Assembly (NCBI GenBank): GCA_044892505.1
Contig: CM097883.1
Location: 283,030,001 to 283,094,000 of the forward strand
Length of the DNA stretch: 64,000 nt
Source: Schmidtea nova
Lineage: Eukaryota
Reading direction: 5' to 3'
The notes under the pieces are model-generated. The model searched no databases and was not told the origin of the DNA. It worked only from the letters and a program-made list of their open reading frames with translations. This document shows, in pieces, positions 1-13,194 of the stretch. Each line of letters opens with the position of its first letter. The stretch's first letter is position 1. Made by a program: the position numbers and the translations under genes.

Positions 1-1111
1 GCTCAATTTAGGATATTGGAGTCTGTTTTGAATGATAGTTTCTTCAGATAATGAGTCAGCGTCATTGTTTGAATTAGACAAAGCTGGTTCCTTGTGCGGC
101 ACTGCATAATCTAAAGCGGTTTCACTTGAATCTGCCAATTCATTCACATAACCTGTTCTTGTCTACGCTTTTCCACTTTCTCTTTTCTTTCCATTCTTCG
201 TTGCAATTGGGATGATACTTCTGCATCTATCGAGCCAATAATCATTTTCCTCTGAGTCTTTTGGTCTATCCAAAAGTTCCATTCAAGTATTGAGATTTTA
301 ATAGAGCATTGACATTTCGCTCTTTTGACAAATCCTTTATCCAAACATTTGCACGAATAAATGTCAAATAGCTCTTTGAAGCGATTTTTTTTTCCACAAA
401 ATAGTTTCGTTTTTTTCCTTGCAAGCGAGTGATTCCTTTCCATTTTCGATTAGTCTTTCTGCACTTTGAAGAACGTTTTCATAAGCAATCGTAGATATAC
501 TTGCTGTTTCCCAAATAGACAAAACGTCACTGACAACTACTTTGACAATTTCTGTGGTAGTTGTTGTTTTGCTTGTCTATGCCATAAGAAACATTTAAAA
601 ACTTCTTTTGTTGGAAGTTGAGCATCTGGTAGTTTGTTTGGCTGACCAAAAACAGAATTTCTTGTGTCTGATCTTGTGACTACACTTGAAGTATTCATCA
701 TGAGTAATAATCTATAAGAGAAAAGGTAACAATATTACTCAATATTACTAACATAAAGATTTTTAAACACGACAAACCAAAAACGTTAGTGTGTGTCGGA
801 CATATGGCTCCCATTCACCATCAACCAATGCACTTTCTGTCATACATTTCATTAATGCGTTATCCAAGTAAATAAAGCAACTGCTTTTATTTACTTAACT
901 TTAATTTTGTACAAGTGACAAACAGATAATGGTGAAAATAACGATCTCGCTCTGTAATTTGATGTCACCCACGCATATACGCAACTTTGAACAAAGTGTG
1001 GGACCCTAAACATCAATTTTCTTTATAATGATTATGTCAAATGATTTTACTAGCCCTTAAGGCAAAGATTAATCGCTGAAATGATATAACTTCGGATTTT
1101 TGCCCACCCTA
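1..1111 (-). mobile_element. Degenerate DNA-transposon 5' portion, tentatively hATm-like (superfamily uncertain)
   Basis: Broken minus-strand frames including ORF 144-443 (LFDIYSCKC...KCQC...DQKTQRKMIIGSID) resemble the N-terminal region of invertebrate DDE transposases; candidate terminus TAGGGTGGGCA ends at 1111. Assignment is from recalled motifs only; other end not in window. Confidence 0.35.
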
Positions 1112-1273
1112 GTGTTCAGTATACAAATAAGAATAGGAGAGGGTTGGGAAATCTCTCATTTAGGGCAAATATAGAAGACAATTCCATTAAACTTTAACGA
1201 TAAAAATTTTTCATAAGTTTATGACATTGAATGCCGTGTTTGCCCGATGAGTGGAAATAATTATAATATAGAG

Positions 1274-1652
1274 CAGTGTTTCTCAAACGGTATGTTTCTC
1301 AAACTATTGTGCCACAAGGTTGGGCCAGGTGTGCCGCGAGACTTTTTTTCCCAAAAAAGTTAGTAATAAAAAAATTTACAAAAACTATCAAGCTTTTTGC
1401 ATTTGATATCAAAATTTAGCTAAAAAACAACTAAAAAACTTTTTTTTTATTTTAATTTTTTTTAATTGTCTTTATTACCTTATAAAAATCTCTCGTAATC
1501 ATATTTAATTAGTATAGACTAAAAAGTAGCTTTTTTATATATCATTATTAAATCAAAAAATTTGTATAAATTTTTGATTTTTGGGCAGGTATGCCGCGAG
1601 CTTTTTTAAATTTTTTAGTGTGCCTCGAGCGAGAAAAGTCTGAGAAACACTG
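1274..1652. mobile_element. Non-autonomous hAT (Charlie-like) MITE
   Basis: TIRs CAGTGTTTCTCAAAC (1274-1288) and GTCTGAGAAACACTG (1638-1652, 1 mismatch); perfect 8-bp TSD ATATAGAG at 1266-1273 and 1653-1660. Confidence 0.88.
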
Positions 1653-3036
1653 ATATAGAGAGCCTGAATATACAAGGCAAAATTGTATTTAGGATAATAT
1701 AAAAATAAAATTATTATAAAATCATAAAAAATATTCCTAATATTAGAAGAATCATTATACTAACTATAATAAGTCGACGAACATTAAAAGTAACTTATTA
1801 TTAATATAAATGATTAAAAAATATAATATTGTCATATTATATTTCACTTGTATTTTTCATTAAAAAATTAAATCCCCATTATAAAATAAAATCTTTTAAA
1901 CTGATTGACTTCATCATCCGCAATAAATTCTGGTAATTATAATCGTCAGCTTTTACTTAAAGAAATCTATTTTAATATAATTATTATTACGTAATATATG
2001 ATAATTTATTATAATTTTAAAAATGCAAATAATGGAAACCGTAACATGAAAATTAATTGATATAAAAATATAAAATAACTTTTACAGTATTGTTAATGCG
2101 CTACCTCATCTAATTTAAACATTAATATGAAATTATTTTTAATTAAAATAACTACAATATAAATTATTCACAATTTATCATAATATAAATTTATCTCAAA
2201 AAATTTAATTAACAAAATTTACAAATAAGTTAATAAAATAAATTATAATAAAAATATTTTACCTCATGTTGATTGTTACGATACACGAAGATTCTTAAAT
2301 TTAGATATTTTGATAATATTAATCGTATTCTAAAATCAAAATTTAAAATTTAAAATTAATGAAAACTTACGATTTGTATATTATCTGTTCTTATGTAAAA
2401 CAGGGTTCTCATGTAGAAAATTATTTGATATTATTATTATTACAAAGGAAGATGAGTAAGTCAATGCAATGGTTAAACAGGTATAAATAGCAGTATTTTT
2501 GTGAATTTTTAAGGTGTTTGGGTCCGTAAATACTATTTGTGTTAATATGAATGATTTTAACATATATTTTAGTAAAAAGTTGAAAAGTTAGTTAGAAAGT
2601 TGTTCGATAACATACCTGTTTAATGAAAATACACCTGCTTTATGAAAACATAGTAGTAGTTTACGATTGAAATGTTGTTTTTTTCGTTATGTGTTATGTT
2701 ATGTTGGTATTGATAGTTGTTGATTTCTTAATTATTATATATAGTTATTGCTAGTGAATATTAGTTATCTGAAGTTGATTGGTAAGTGTTTAGTAGTAAG
2801 TGTTTGCTAGTAAAGGATATGTTGTAGAGCCCGAGAGAGTCCTCCAATATTAATTGGAGACTGTCGGGGTGCCTGTGTGTAATAGATTATAATATCACAA
2901 AATATGCAAAATGTAGAAAATGAAAAAACAAATTAGTAATAAACAACGAAAATGAACAAGGTATATTAATCAAAAGTTACTTCTGAGATAATTTAGATCT
3001 CCTTTTTTTCTGTATATTCTTTCTACTCCAATTATC

Positions 3037-3762
3037 GGCTTTCCGGAATAATCTTTATAATTTTGGGCTTTCGGAATAATCTTTATAATTTTGGGCATTC
3101 AGAATAATCTTTATAATTTTGGGCTTTCGGAATAATCTTTGTAATTTTTGGACTTTCGGAATAATCTTTGTAATTTTTGGACTTTCGGAATAATCTTTGT
3201 AATTTTTGGGGCTTTCCGAATAATCTTTATAATTTTTGGACTTTCGGAATAATCTTTGTAATTTTTGGACTTTCGGAATAATCTTTGTAATTTTTGGACT
3301 TTCGGAATAATCTTTGTAATTTTTGGGGCTTTCCGAATAATCTTTATAATTTTTGGACTTTCGGAATAATCTTTGTAATTTTTGGCTTTCAGAATAATCT
3401 TTATAATTTTGGGCTTTCGGAATAATCTTTGTAATTTTTGGACTTTCGGAATAATCTTTGTAATTTTTGGCTTTCGGAGTAATCTTTGTAATTTTTGGCT
3501 TTCGGAGTAATCTTTGTAATTTTTGGCTTTCGGAGTAATCTTTATAATTTTTGGGGCTTTCAGAATAATCTTTATAATTTTTGGACTTTCGGAATAATCT
3601 TTGTAATTTTGGGCTTTCGGAATAATCTTTGTAATTTTTGGACTTTCGGAATAATCTTTGTAATTTTTGGGGCTTTCGGAGTAATCTTTGTAATTTTTGG
3701 GGCTTTCAGAATAACCTTTATAATTTGTTTCTTTATAATTTGTTTCTTTATACTTGTTTCTT
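3037..3762. repeat. Minisatellite, ~27-30-bp unit (consensus GGACTTTCGGAATAATCTTTGTAATTTTT), roughly two dozen copies, decaying into a shorter unit at the right end
   Basis: Directly visible tandem repetition. Confidence 0.95.
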
Positions 3763-4969
3763 TATAATTGTTTCCAACAATCTTTAGTTAAATAAAATCG
3801 ATTTCATTAATTTGTAATTTGGCTTACTATAGCAATTTACTATAGCAAGCCAAATTCAAATTTACAAATAATAATAATTATTACAACTTGCCAATTATAA
3901 TAAAAATTAAAATCACACTGCGCCCAAATAAATGTGGGGGGAATCCAAACTGTCAATACTGACACCCACTATTCTAAAAACAAATAATTATACATGATTG
4001 GTGAGTACACCACAATAGTTATTGTAGAAGGTTGTAGAGTCCAGCAGAGTCTCCGGTAAAAATCTGAGTGTAAGCTATATAAATGTCTGTATGCGTGCGT
4101 GCGTGCGTATGTGATTGAATGCTTTAATCAAATAAACTAACTGATGATTATAATAAACAAAAGCAACTTTACAGAAATATTTTTATTTAATAAACTAATA
4201 AAAAATATTACTCACGGTGAATGGAGTTAATAACAAATATCTTTTTTTTAATTTAATATTCCTTTGTAATTTTTCTTTTTTCTTGCTCGGACAATATTTT
4301 TTTGAATCTTCAATTTCCTTTTTTCGATCGTTAATTTGTCTTTTTGGCAACGTTTCTATGCTTCTTTTGGTTATCGATTTCTTTTCGTATTTTTCAAATT
4401 AGTAATTTAATTACTATAGGAATTGATTTTTTGATTTTTAAAATTTTGTTTAATGAAAAATAATAAGTAAATATATAACAATGGGGGTAATCCTGTGTCC
4501 TACCGGACGCCCACAAAACTCACAGCGATAACAACAACAATTACAATAATAAAAATAATAATGATAATAACAGTACAACCTTTACACACCCCTGTTTAAT
4601 GAAAACACACATTAGTGATAATTCTAGTAAGAAACACGGTCAATTTCAGTGTGTATTTGAGTACCAGTTAGCTAAAAAATACTTGTCAGAGTAAATCAAT
4701 GCGGATTATAAGTATAACTAATTACTGACACACATAAATGGTAGTATAACCTGCAGTTGTATGACCTACAGCACCCTTTTGCATATATAAAAATTTCCGC
4801 CTCATATTATTTCTTTAACTTTTTAATAATATTATTTTTATTTAATATTTAAGAGTTCATTAAATCCATTAACAATAAAACCTATAAATAAGAAAATCAT
4901 AATTTAGTAAACTTATCTTCAAGAAATTTCCAAATCATAAGATATACTTACTGCTGTTAGTATGTTGAG

Positions 4970-7300
4970 TTAAAAACTAATCTTTCGAGCCTTTATAGTT
5001 GCAAAACTGTCAATTAATTCTTCTTCATTTAAATCTTTGGCAATTTTATATTCGATTAATAAAGTGGCCAGGGCAGTTAACCGGTCTTGTCTCATCGTAG
5101 AATGTATATAGGTTTTAATTAGTTTTAATTTTGAAAAGATTCTTTCAGCGCTAGCCACTGATGTCGGCAAAGTTAAAAAAAATTCTTAGGACTATTAAAA
5201 CATTGGCCAAAGATAATGCTTAATTATTTGAGCGTTTTATTCCAATATATTTGAAGGAGTGTAGCAGGATTCTTTAATATTATTTCTTGAAAACCTTAAT
5301 TCGTCGTATAAATCGGAACCCAATATATCTTTTTGGTCACGACCAAAATTATCGAAATGCATGCAATTTTTTTGAAGCTATTCATCACTCATTTCTGTAT
5401 TTAAATTATAAATGAAGTTAAAATTTTTATTGTGCTTCTGAATCAACGTAAACCTATAATTTGATAAAATAATTGCGTGATCAGGAATGTTATTAAAAAT
5501 ATATTCTTAAAATTTTTGTGTTTCATCATTGATTACTTCATCTGGATGCTCATAATCGAACTCCCTTCTCCTTCGACGATTTCTTATTTGCTCAAAAACT
5601 GGTCCAATTTCTAATTCTAGTGCAATTTTTTAGCTTCGTAAATAACTTCAATAAATTTATCATCTATTCTGTACTTTTTTAAATAGTCAATATTTTTAGA
5701 AAGCACTGTTGTAGCTTCCGAAACATTTAAATTTTCATTCTGAAGTACTTTGTTTGTGATATTTATTTGACTTAAAATATCATACCAGACTGCAATTAAA
5801 TTTACAACATTCCATTTTCCCAAAAATGAAAATTGCTTCAGATTTATTTTTTTGGCTGCTGTTTGAGTTGTCACATTCGTTGCTTCAAACTAAAAAATAC
5901 ATTAAGAGCATTTATAATTTCTTTTAATTGAAATTGAATCGGCTTTTGTGCCCATTTTGTTTCACACAGTCCTTTTAATGACAATCCATTTACATTTTTT
6001 CAAGATTTCCCATCTTTGTATAGAATACGAGAAAAAACGTACAGATGTTGTACAATATCGAAGAAAGTTACAGTTTCTTCACCATTGACAACTAAATTCA
6101 AAGAATGTGCGTAAGAGGTACGAAAAACGTTCTAGAATTTAATGTTAATATTCGCTATCCTTTCCTTGCATATTAAAGGCGTTGTCGTAACCTTCATATT
6201 CATTTAAAATTTCTAGGATATTCTCAACCATTCCAGCTTCTGTAAATTTATAAAAATCCCAGAAAATGCTCACAGATATCAACGTAATTACCATTTTTAT
6301 CGGGAGACGATAAAAATGATAGAAAACATACGATTAATGTCATTTGTTCTGAGTGCAATACATCCGATGTGCAGTCGACAGAATAATATTTACTTTCTTT
6401 TCATATAGTTATTATCTTTTCTTTAACGGATTTGCCCAAAATCTGTATATTTTCATTTTGAATATTTTTTTCCTAAATAGTGCTGATATATTTCTTTATT
6501 TTTTATACGTCTTAAATGTTCTTTCATTACTAAATCAAACTTTGCCAAAAACTCAATGATTTTCAAAAATTATCCATTGTCGTATTTGAATAATTTATGT
6601 GAATTGAAATATTTTGAAAACCGTGTAACTTAATTAAAGGAAATCATTCTAAAACGCTTTTCCAATGAATTTTGTTTTCATTCATTTCTTTTTGGAGTGT
6701 TGACCAGTGCTTTATTTGTTTAATCAAATGATTCTACGTTTCGAAGCAACTAAAATGATCAGAGCTCGTTTCATGCATATTCAATTTCCCATTAGTGTTT
6801 TTCCATTCTTTGAATCCTTGATGATTTATTGCAAAGTTATTTTTGGAAGACAACTTACAGAAGAAACAAAATAAAATGTCTTTTGATTTTGAATATACTA
6901 ACCAATCACGATTATATTTCTCTCCATTAGAAAGTTTTCTAAAACAGTTTTCGATGCAAATTTTTCTTTTATTTTCACCCTTGTCAAAAGATACAGTTCG
7001 ATTTGAAACAGTAAATCGGTTATTGGTGCAGTATTTTCTGGTCATTTCCCGATATCTGAATAATCGTTTTATTTTTTCACTTGTGTTAGATACAGGTAAA
7101 AGGTAGAAACATTCGAGCTAAATGATGATTATATCATAGGGATGAATAGGTACATTGTGCAAACACCAAACAATTCATAAAAATACGATTATTCTTTGCC
7201 GAACAATTTATCTTCGGGATCTTGACAATTAATTTTATGATCAATTTATCCTTGTTATTTTGACAATTTATTTTGTGATTTATCATTAGGACAATTTATC
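4970..7300 (-). mobile_element. Decayed hAT transposase (ZMYM1-like: TTF-type zinc finger to hAT C-terminal dimerisation domain)
   Basis: 4970-5170 PTSVASAERIFSKLKLIKTY..STMRQDRLTALA (hAT dimerisation motif); 6734-7045 NGEKYNRDWLVYSKSKDILFCFFCKL (TTF-type ZnF); many stops/frameshifts between; TIRs not found. Confidence 0.85.
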
Positions 7301-8828
7301 TATCAGCATCTCATTGTGTAACCAATTCATTAATAACTTAACAATTTATATATTGTGTTGATTTATATAATGTGATTTAATTTATTTGATAATCATTCTA
7401 AAATATAAGTATTAATAATTCAAAACATAAAGAAATAAAACTCTTACTATAAAAAAATAATTGACATAGAGCTAACAGACAATTTATCACATTTATCCGA
7501 TTTTGAAAGAGTATTGGTTACAGAATTATTATGCTAACAACATTAAAAGTTCACCATTCTTCCTACTGCAGACATGGATCAAACGATAAGATAAAAATGA
7601 ATTATTATCACTTTAAACATCTTCTATGTTGAACATAGACTCGTTCTCTTTATCGTATATTATTTGAAAACTGAATGATCTGCAGATCTTCCTGAACACC
7701 ATTGGGATAGGTGCCGAGGCAATGGTTTGATACAACTTTTAACTGCCATTGGATTCAGATCCGTTAGTTTGTAATATAGTCTTGAAAGCTTTACTATGAT
7801 ATGTGCATTCTCGAGACACTCTTTTTGCTGGCGTATAAGTGAGAGGTTCAGTTTGAGACTCGATGTTAATATTTAAGCCTAGTTCCTCAGTGAGTTTTCT
7901 CTCATGATTTGCATCATCATGTAAATATTCTGAGGATGACGTGTCTAAATTGTTCAAATCTTCAACGTCAAAGTCCATAACAATTTTTGTTTCTTTCATC
8001 GTCTGGTGGAGTCCTAAATATCGTCCAACAATATTTTTCTTGAGAAGTATTTTGCACAGCTCATTCAGTACTACCATACGCAGGTTTTTTCTGAACGTCT
8101 GCTGACTTTGTCTTTTAAATTTCCTCGCCAGTGACTTGAGCATTTGTTGACAGCATTTGCCGATAATTTAGATGCCATGATCTAAAAGTTAAAAACATTT
8201 ATTTAATTATTCATGCAAATTCACTAGGCATTTCTGTAGTTTTAATAATTGCTAATGAAAATCAGAAAACAAAAAAATCAGAAAAACTTAAAAAAATTAA
8301 AAAAAACTTAAAAATTCTCCACAAATGCTCGTTTGTACCTAATGGACTCTCAAATATGCCTTCAATTAACTTTACTTGAAAAATAATTCAATGCTTTAAA
8401 ATTTTGAATGAATAATCTTACCATTATCTACACCACAATTTTAAAAACCAAAACGCCACACAAAGAATAATCAATTTCATTCTATTAGTTGTCGTATATG
8501 CTTAATGACTTTGATACGAATTAACTAATTCATTCTTCTGATGAATTCTTCGATGTCTATTTATCTACTTTACCGATTTTAGATCTATAATTTTCATACA
8601 TTTGTTTACTTTGCAATCACGCTTACCCTGATTTTTCATGTATTTTATTCCTATTTTTCAAACTGATTGTAGATTATTGCATAAATTGCATGATATTGGT
8701 CCTAAAAATTTCTATGCGCGCCAGGTTTTTTCAAATTTTTCACAAAAGCATTTTAAAGTCTACTCAAAATACAAAAACTCATCAAAAGAAACCCCAGAGT
8801 CACAAAAATAAATAAAAGTGATATTTAG

Positions 8829-9992
8829 TCATAACCCTAATACACAAATAAGTATTTTACAGAGAAGATCTGAACCTCGCACATCATGTGGACAAATACC
8901 GTTTGTCAATGTGCGTCCAGGGGTTTCTCTTAATTTACATATTTTTTCAATGTAGGTTTTACTCATTGAGAGATAATTAATACCGGATAAAAGAGTTGTT
9001 GGATTCAAACGATAATGTGCATCGGTATTATAATATATTATTAAGTTTTCCCATGATTTTTGTGAGGCTATAACTGAAAAAATGACTTGTGCTTTAACAA
9101 GACATTCGTAGTTTGGAAATGTACTGACGTGTTGGGTACAATCATCGAGAATCGCCGTTGACATTGTTGCGTTTAACAAGATAAAATTCGGTGATAATTT
9201 AAAGTTGTTAAAATTTGATCATCAAGCTTCCCATTTATTGTGTCTAAGTTTAAACAGTTTTCATTTACTTGTTTTAATTTCAACGACTTTAGGGATTTTG
9301 TAGTATCATCAGGATCATCAATATTATTAAAAATTAACTTTTCTAATAAAGTAATGAAAAATGATGCCATTATGGCTGGTTCATCGGAAAATATTGGTGA
9401 GTAGCAAATCCCATGATCAACGATAAATTTAATTTTTCCCTGAAGGAAAAATTGATTCAAATAATCGGTCATATTTTCTCCTTCCGATAAGTATTTCATT
9501 CACGGTCTGAAAACCTGTAGTAAAGATGCGACTTTTCCGAGTTTAACAGAGCACAGAAATAAGCGGCAAAAGTTGTTATTTGGAATAATACTTATTACAT
9601 GTTCAATGTATCGAAATTGTTTGAAGGTCACGTTTTCAATATATGCATTAAAAAGCAATTTCTAAGATAGTTTTGAACATATATATCAAAACTCGGTTTA
9701 AAAATTAATTGAAGGGAATACCTTAATTTTAAATAATTTAGATAAAAAATTATGTCAACTAGCTTTTGGGATGAAATTGATTGATCAAGAAAAGAACTAA
9801 ACACATTATTCTCTTATGACATCTGAACAATGTTCAGTAACCCTAAATTAAACATAATGTCGGAGGCACCATCATCGTCCACCGCTAGTGAAGTTTGACT
9901 AAAGTTTTTAATAAAGTTGCCCCTTCTAGATGAAATCTGTTCAGGGTATTTATTTACAGATTTTAGTTTAACGATTAGATTATTGAATGCTT
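8829..9992 (-). mobile_element. Remnant of a fourth lineage (D) of the array retrotransposon: ORF1 middle fused by deletion to Ulp1-like domains 2-3
   Basis: DDDGASDIMFNLGLL (ORF1 motif), ENVTFKQF, GENMTDYLN, CPHDVRGS match lineages A-C. Confidence 0.85.
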
Positions 9993-10885
9993 GCATGCCG
10001 TTGATCAACAACCAAAGTGTGGGATGATCACATTATGAAGAAAGATTGGATTCCACGGCGCCATCTCTCGACGATGTTTGTAGTATGAGCGATGCCATCT
10101 TCAGCAGATACGTAATGGTTCCTCAGTGGGATTGGACATGTAGCAGCACCCTAATCCCTAACCCTAATAAGACAGCAGCTAATTTATTTTTTCGTGTTCA
10201 GTCGTGGATTTGGCGAGGTCAAATTCCTCGGCAACATCAATCTCTGGAACATGAGCTAGTGCCGACAAACACCTCGCACTTGCGTCATCGGAATCATAAT
10301 CGGTCTTCATACCCAACTCGTTGACTTGAAATGAAATGACTCGTTGATATGAAATTAGCATCCGGTTACGAAAGGATCCGATATACAGCCGAAAATGCCC
10401 CAATCGAAGCTGATTCATATTCGACAAGGATATTTTTAGATAAGCAGCTGGTAACAATATTTTGAGCTGAGCTATAAGACGGTCATATGTAGTATGAGAT
10501 TTATTAGTTAAGAAGAAGTATACATTGTAAAGCTGGAAATAGATGGCTGGAATTACTTTGAAAGTTCCATCGGCAAGCCATGTGTCAGACCTCGTTAAAC
10601 CATCCAGAAGATTGATGTTGCCTAGTAGATCTGCAAATTCATAGTTGAAGTCGGTTGGTGTTGGCGGTAATAATATCAGCCATCACAACACCCGAAGAAC
10701 TTGGTTGTGGCGATTATTGTGTTTTCATCTGTAAGCAGTTAAAACTTGATGCTTGCTACAGCACCACTCCTTCTGCATCTTGGCATTTTCACGAATTCTC
10801 CAGTATTCATAATTTAAATGAATTAGTGCTCTCTTACCGCGTTTCGAAGTTCCATACATGCAAGCTGCAATTATTCTTATTTTAA
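9993..10885 (-). mobile_element. Decayed MULE/Mutator transposase
   Basis: Minus-strand translation gives TWLADGTFKVIPAIYFQLY, ELGMKTDYDSDD..RCLSALAHVP, TTNIVERWRRG and HPTLW, typical of invertebrate MULE transposases; frameshifted and internally deleted. Confidence 0.8.
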
Positions 10886-11157
10886 ATATTTAGAATTTAA
10901 CTTTCTTGTAAAATAATCTCATATTACTATTATGCCAAAACTATATTTATATTATTACGTTCAATGTTTTTAAAATATTAGAATTCTTCTCTCTTTTAAA
11001 ATCATTAAAGATGGAATGAGATTCCATTGGAAACAATATTTGCAACATTATATATATAATATAATAATATTATTAACAATATCATTCTTAAAATTCATGT
11101 AAATTACGTTGGGTTAAATACATTTGAACAAAAACACAATATAAATTAAATTTGTTT

Positions 11158-11245
11158 TGATGAACAGTCCTTGATGAACAGACATTAGATGAACCGTCCT
11201 CTTGATGAACCGTCCTTTCATGAACAGTTCTTGATGAATAGTCCT
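11158..11245. repeat. Short imperfect tandem repeat (GATGAACAGTCCT-like), possibly MULE subterminal repeats
   Basis: About six imperfect copies visible; lies on the 5' side of the MULE remnant. Link to the MULE is inference. Confidence 0.6.
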
Positions 11246-11251
11246 AGAATC

Positions 11252-11490
11252 GAATAAAATTCCACGCAAACTCAGATAAATATCCTCTAAATAGTTTGAT
11301 GTATTACGTTTTTGTCATTTGATAAGATTGCATTATTTAGAGCTAAATGAATTTAATTTGACGTAGCTTTACAAAACGCCAAACTCAAAATATAAGTGCC
11401 ACGCATTTTTGTTGTTATATGAAGTGAGATTTCAATATCTTGCAATCGAAATGATAATTTAATATCATGAGTCTTTTCGAAAAATTGCAA
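11252..11490 (-). mobile_element. Orphan fragment of a lineage-C-like element (post-RT region)
   Basis: Aligns by eye to 61138-61420 (e.g. CAAAATATAAGTGCCACGCATTTTTGTTGTTATATGAAGTGA identical) with an internal deletion. Confidence 0.8.
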
Positions 11491-12215
11491 TACCAACGAT
11501 ACTTTGTAGCGGGCAACAAGATGGTTAAATAATGAAGGTTAAACTACTTTAAAACAACAACCTATTTTTAGCAATTGAAAAATTCCTATTTTTAGACCTT
11601 GCTATTTACTTAAAATAATATAAGCCTATTTTTATTAATTGTTTTATTTTCGATATTTAAAGTAATTTTTATTTAAAATATTTTTTAAAAATTAATTTGT
11701 TATTTCTATTAACCCATAAAAATAATCACCTTGTATATCAGAATCCTCTGGATTGAACTCATTTTCTTTAATAATTTCGTTTTCTCTTGATTCAGCTCCG
11801 TCTAAGCTTCATTACTCTTTTTCTATCGTCTTTTTATTCGATTGTTTCACCAATAGCTTTGTTTTTCTATTTCTTCTAACTATGCTGCCCTAACAGAGGC
11901 ACAATGCCGATTATTTTCGATTTTGAGTTACTAGGATAATCATTTTGATTAATTATTGTTTTGGTCAGGTCGCTTCTGTCTGACAATGCTTTGACGATTA
12001 ATTTTCTTGAATCTCGTTTGAGAACTAATATTGATTTATTACGTTCTTCTGTTATCTTTTCGTAAAAACCAATTTTATTTATTCTCATTACTCATGCTGT
12101 CGAGATAATGTACTTCCGAAATCCCCACTGTTCACTCTCATTGTTTGTTGATCAAGGTTTTTCTTCATCGCTCGGGTTCTCCATTGGCTCGTATTTTCCA
12201 TTATTTGATCAATAT

Positions 12216-13172
12216 CACATTTGTGATGACAACAGTTTCAGCAAGTTTATCTGATAAAACGTACAAGAAATTTTTAATTATCGAGGAAGCAGGAACGAAT
12301 GAAGTTTTATTATTGGACGACTTAACAATATTCGATCCAATAAGAACAGTTTTGAACGTTGATTTATAATTTTTATTAACAATAGTAACTTTATTTGTTT
12401 GAGTGAAATTTAAATTAACACATATTCTGATTTCGATAGAAAAAGTGGTCAAAATATAATATATTTAAGGGGTTATCTTTTCTAGAAATACTAAATAAAT
12501 CATTATTAATATTATTATATTTAGTTTTAGATTCTCTTAATTTTAAAAGTTGAGAATATTTAGGGTATATTTGAAACAATTTGTGTTTCTCTGTTTTAGT
12601 TAGTATTCTAACAGATTTTTCCAATTTCGATTTAATTTTATTAGATTTTAAAATTTTATCATTAATAATAAAATTTTCACCTTTTAAAATGCCTTTATTT
12701 AATAAAGCAATATCACTTTCATTAGAATAATTATTGGTAGAATTATCCAAGTCAATTACATTCACTTTAGTTGCATTACTTAGTTTATCTAATGGTAACA
12801 TATTAACTTTTCTAATGTTATTATCAATTATAATTTCAAGATTATTAATTCTAGAAAACTATTATAATTATCCTGAAAAGTATAAGCATTTTCACTTTTA
12901 TTGATATCTTTAATTTTTACATTACTGTTTATATCTAAATTACTTTGATCTCGAACATTACTTTTATCATTAAAATCATTTTCAATATCATAATCAAAAC
13001 TGCAAGCATTACCAAAATATTTGTTACGCAAAAGTTTAAATTTATTAACAAATAAATCAACCTTACATGAAATATTATGAAATCTTTCTTCAAGAGCATA
13101 GATTCGCGCATTCAATGACTGAGAATTTCATCACTTCTTTTTTTTGTGTCACAAATCCATAGAAGATGCATC
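12216..13172 (-). pseudogene. Duplicated 5' fragment of lineage-C ORF1
   Basis: Near-identical to 16254-17100; frameshifted into ORFs 12201-12452, 12415-12801, 12828-13115. Confidence 0.85.
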
Positions 13173-13194
13173 AACAGACCGAAGAAATGTTGGC

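Noticed and set aside
3495-3767. 90-aa hydrophobic + strand ORF (MAFGVIFVIFGF...)
   Set aside because: Translation of the minisatellite; no independent coding evidence.
2600-4620. Short shared motifs (CCTGTTTAATGAAAA at ~2616 and ~4591; GTTGTAGAG at ~2821 and ~4031) as possible LTRs or TIRs
   Set aside because: Matches are too short and not collinear over any length; no TSD found.
7739-8143. 134-aa minus-strand ORF with an acceptor-like TTTTAG near 8182
   Set aside because: No recognisable motif or convincing exon structure; cannot be supported as a gene.
10046-10885. + strand ORFs 10046-10324 and 10655-10885
   Set aside because: Antisense shadows of the MULE transposase remnant.
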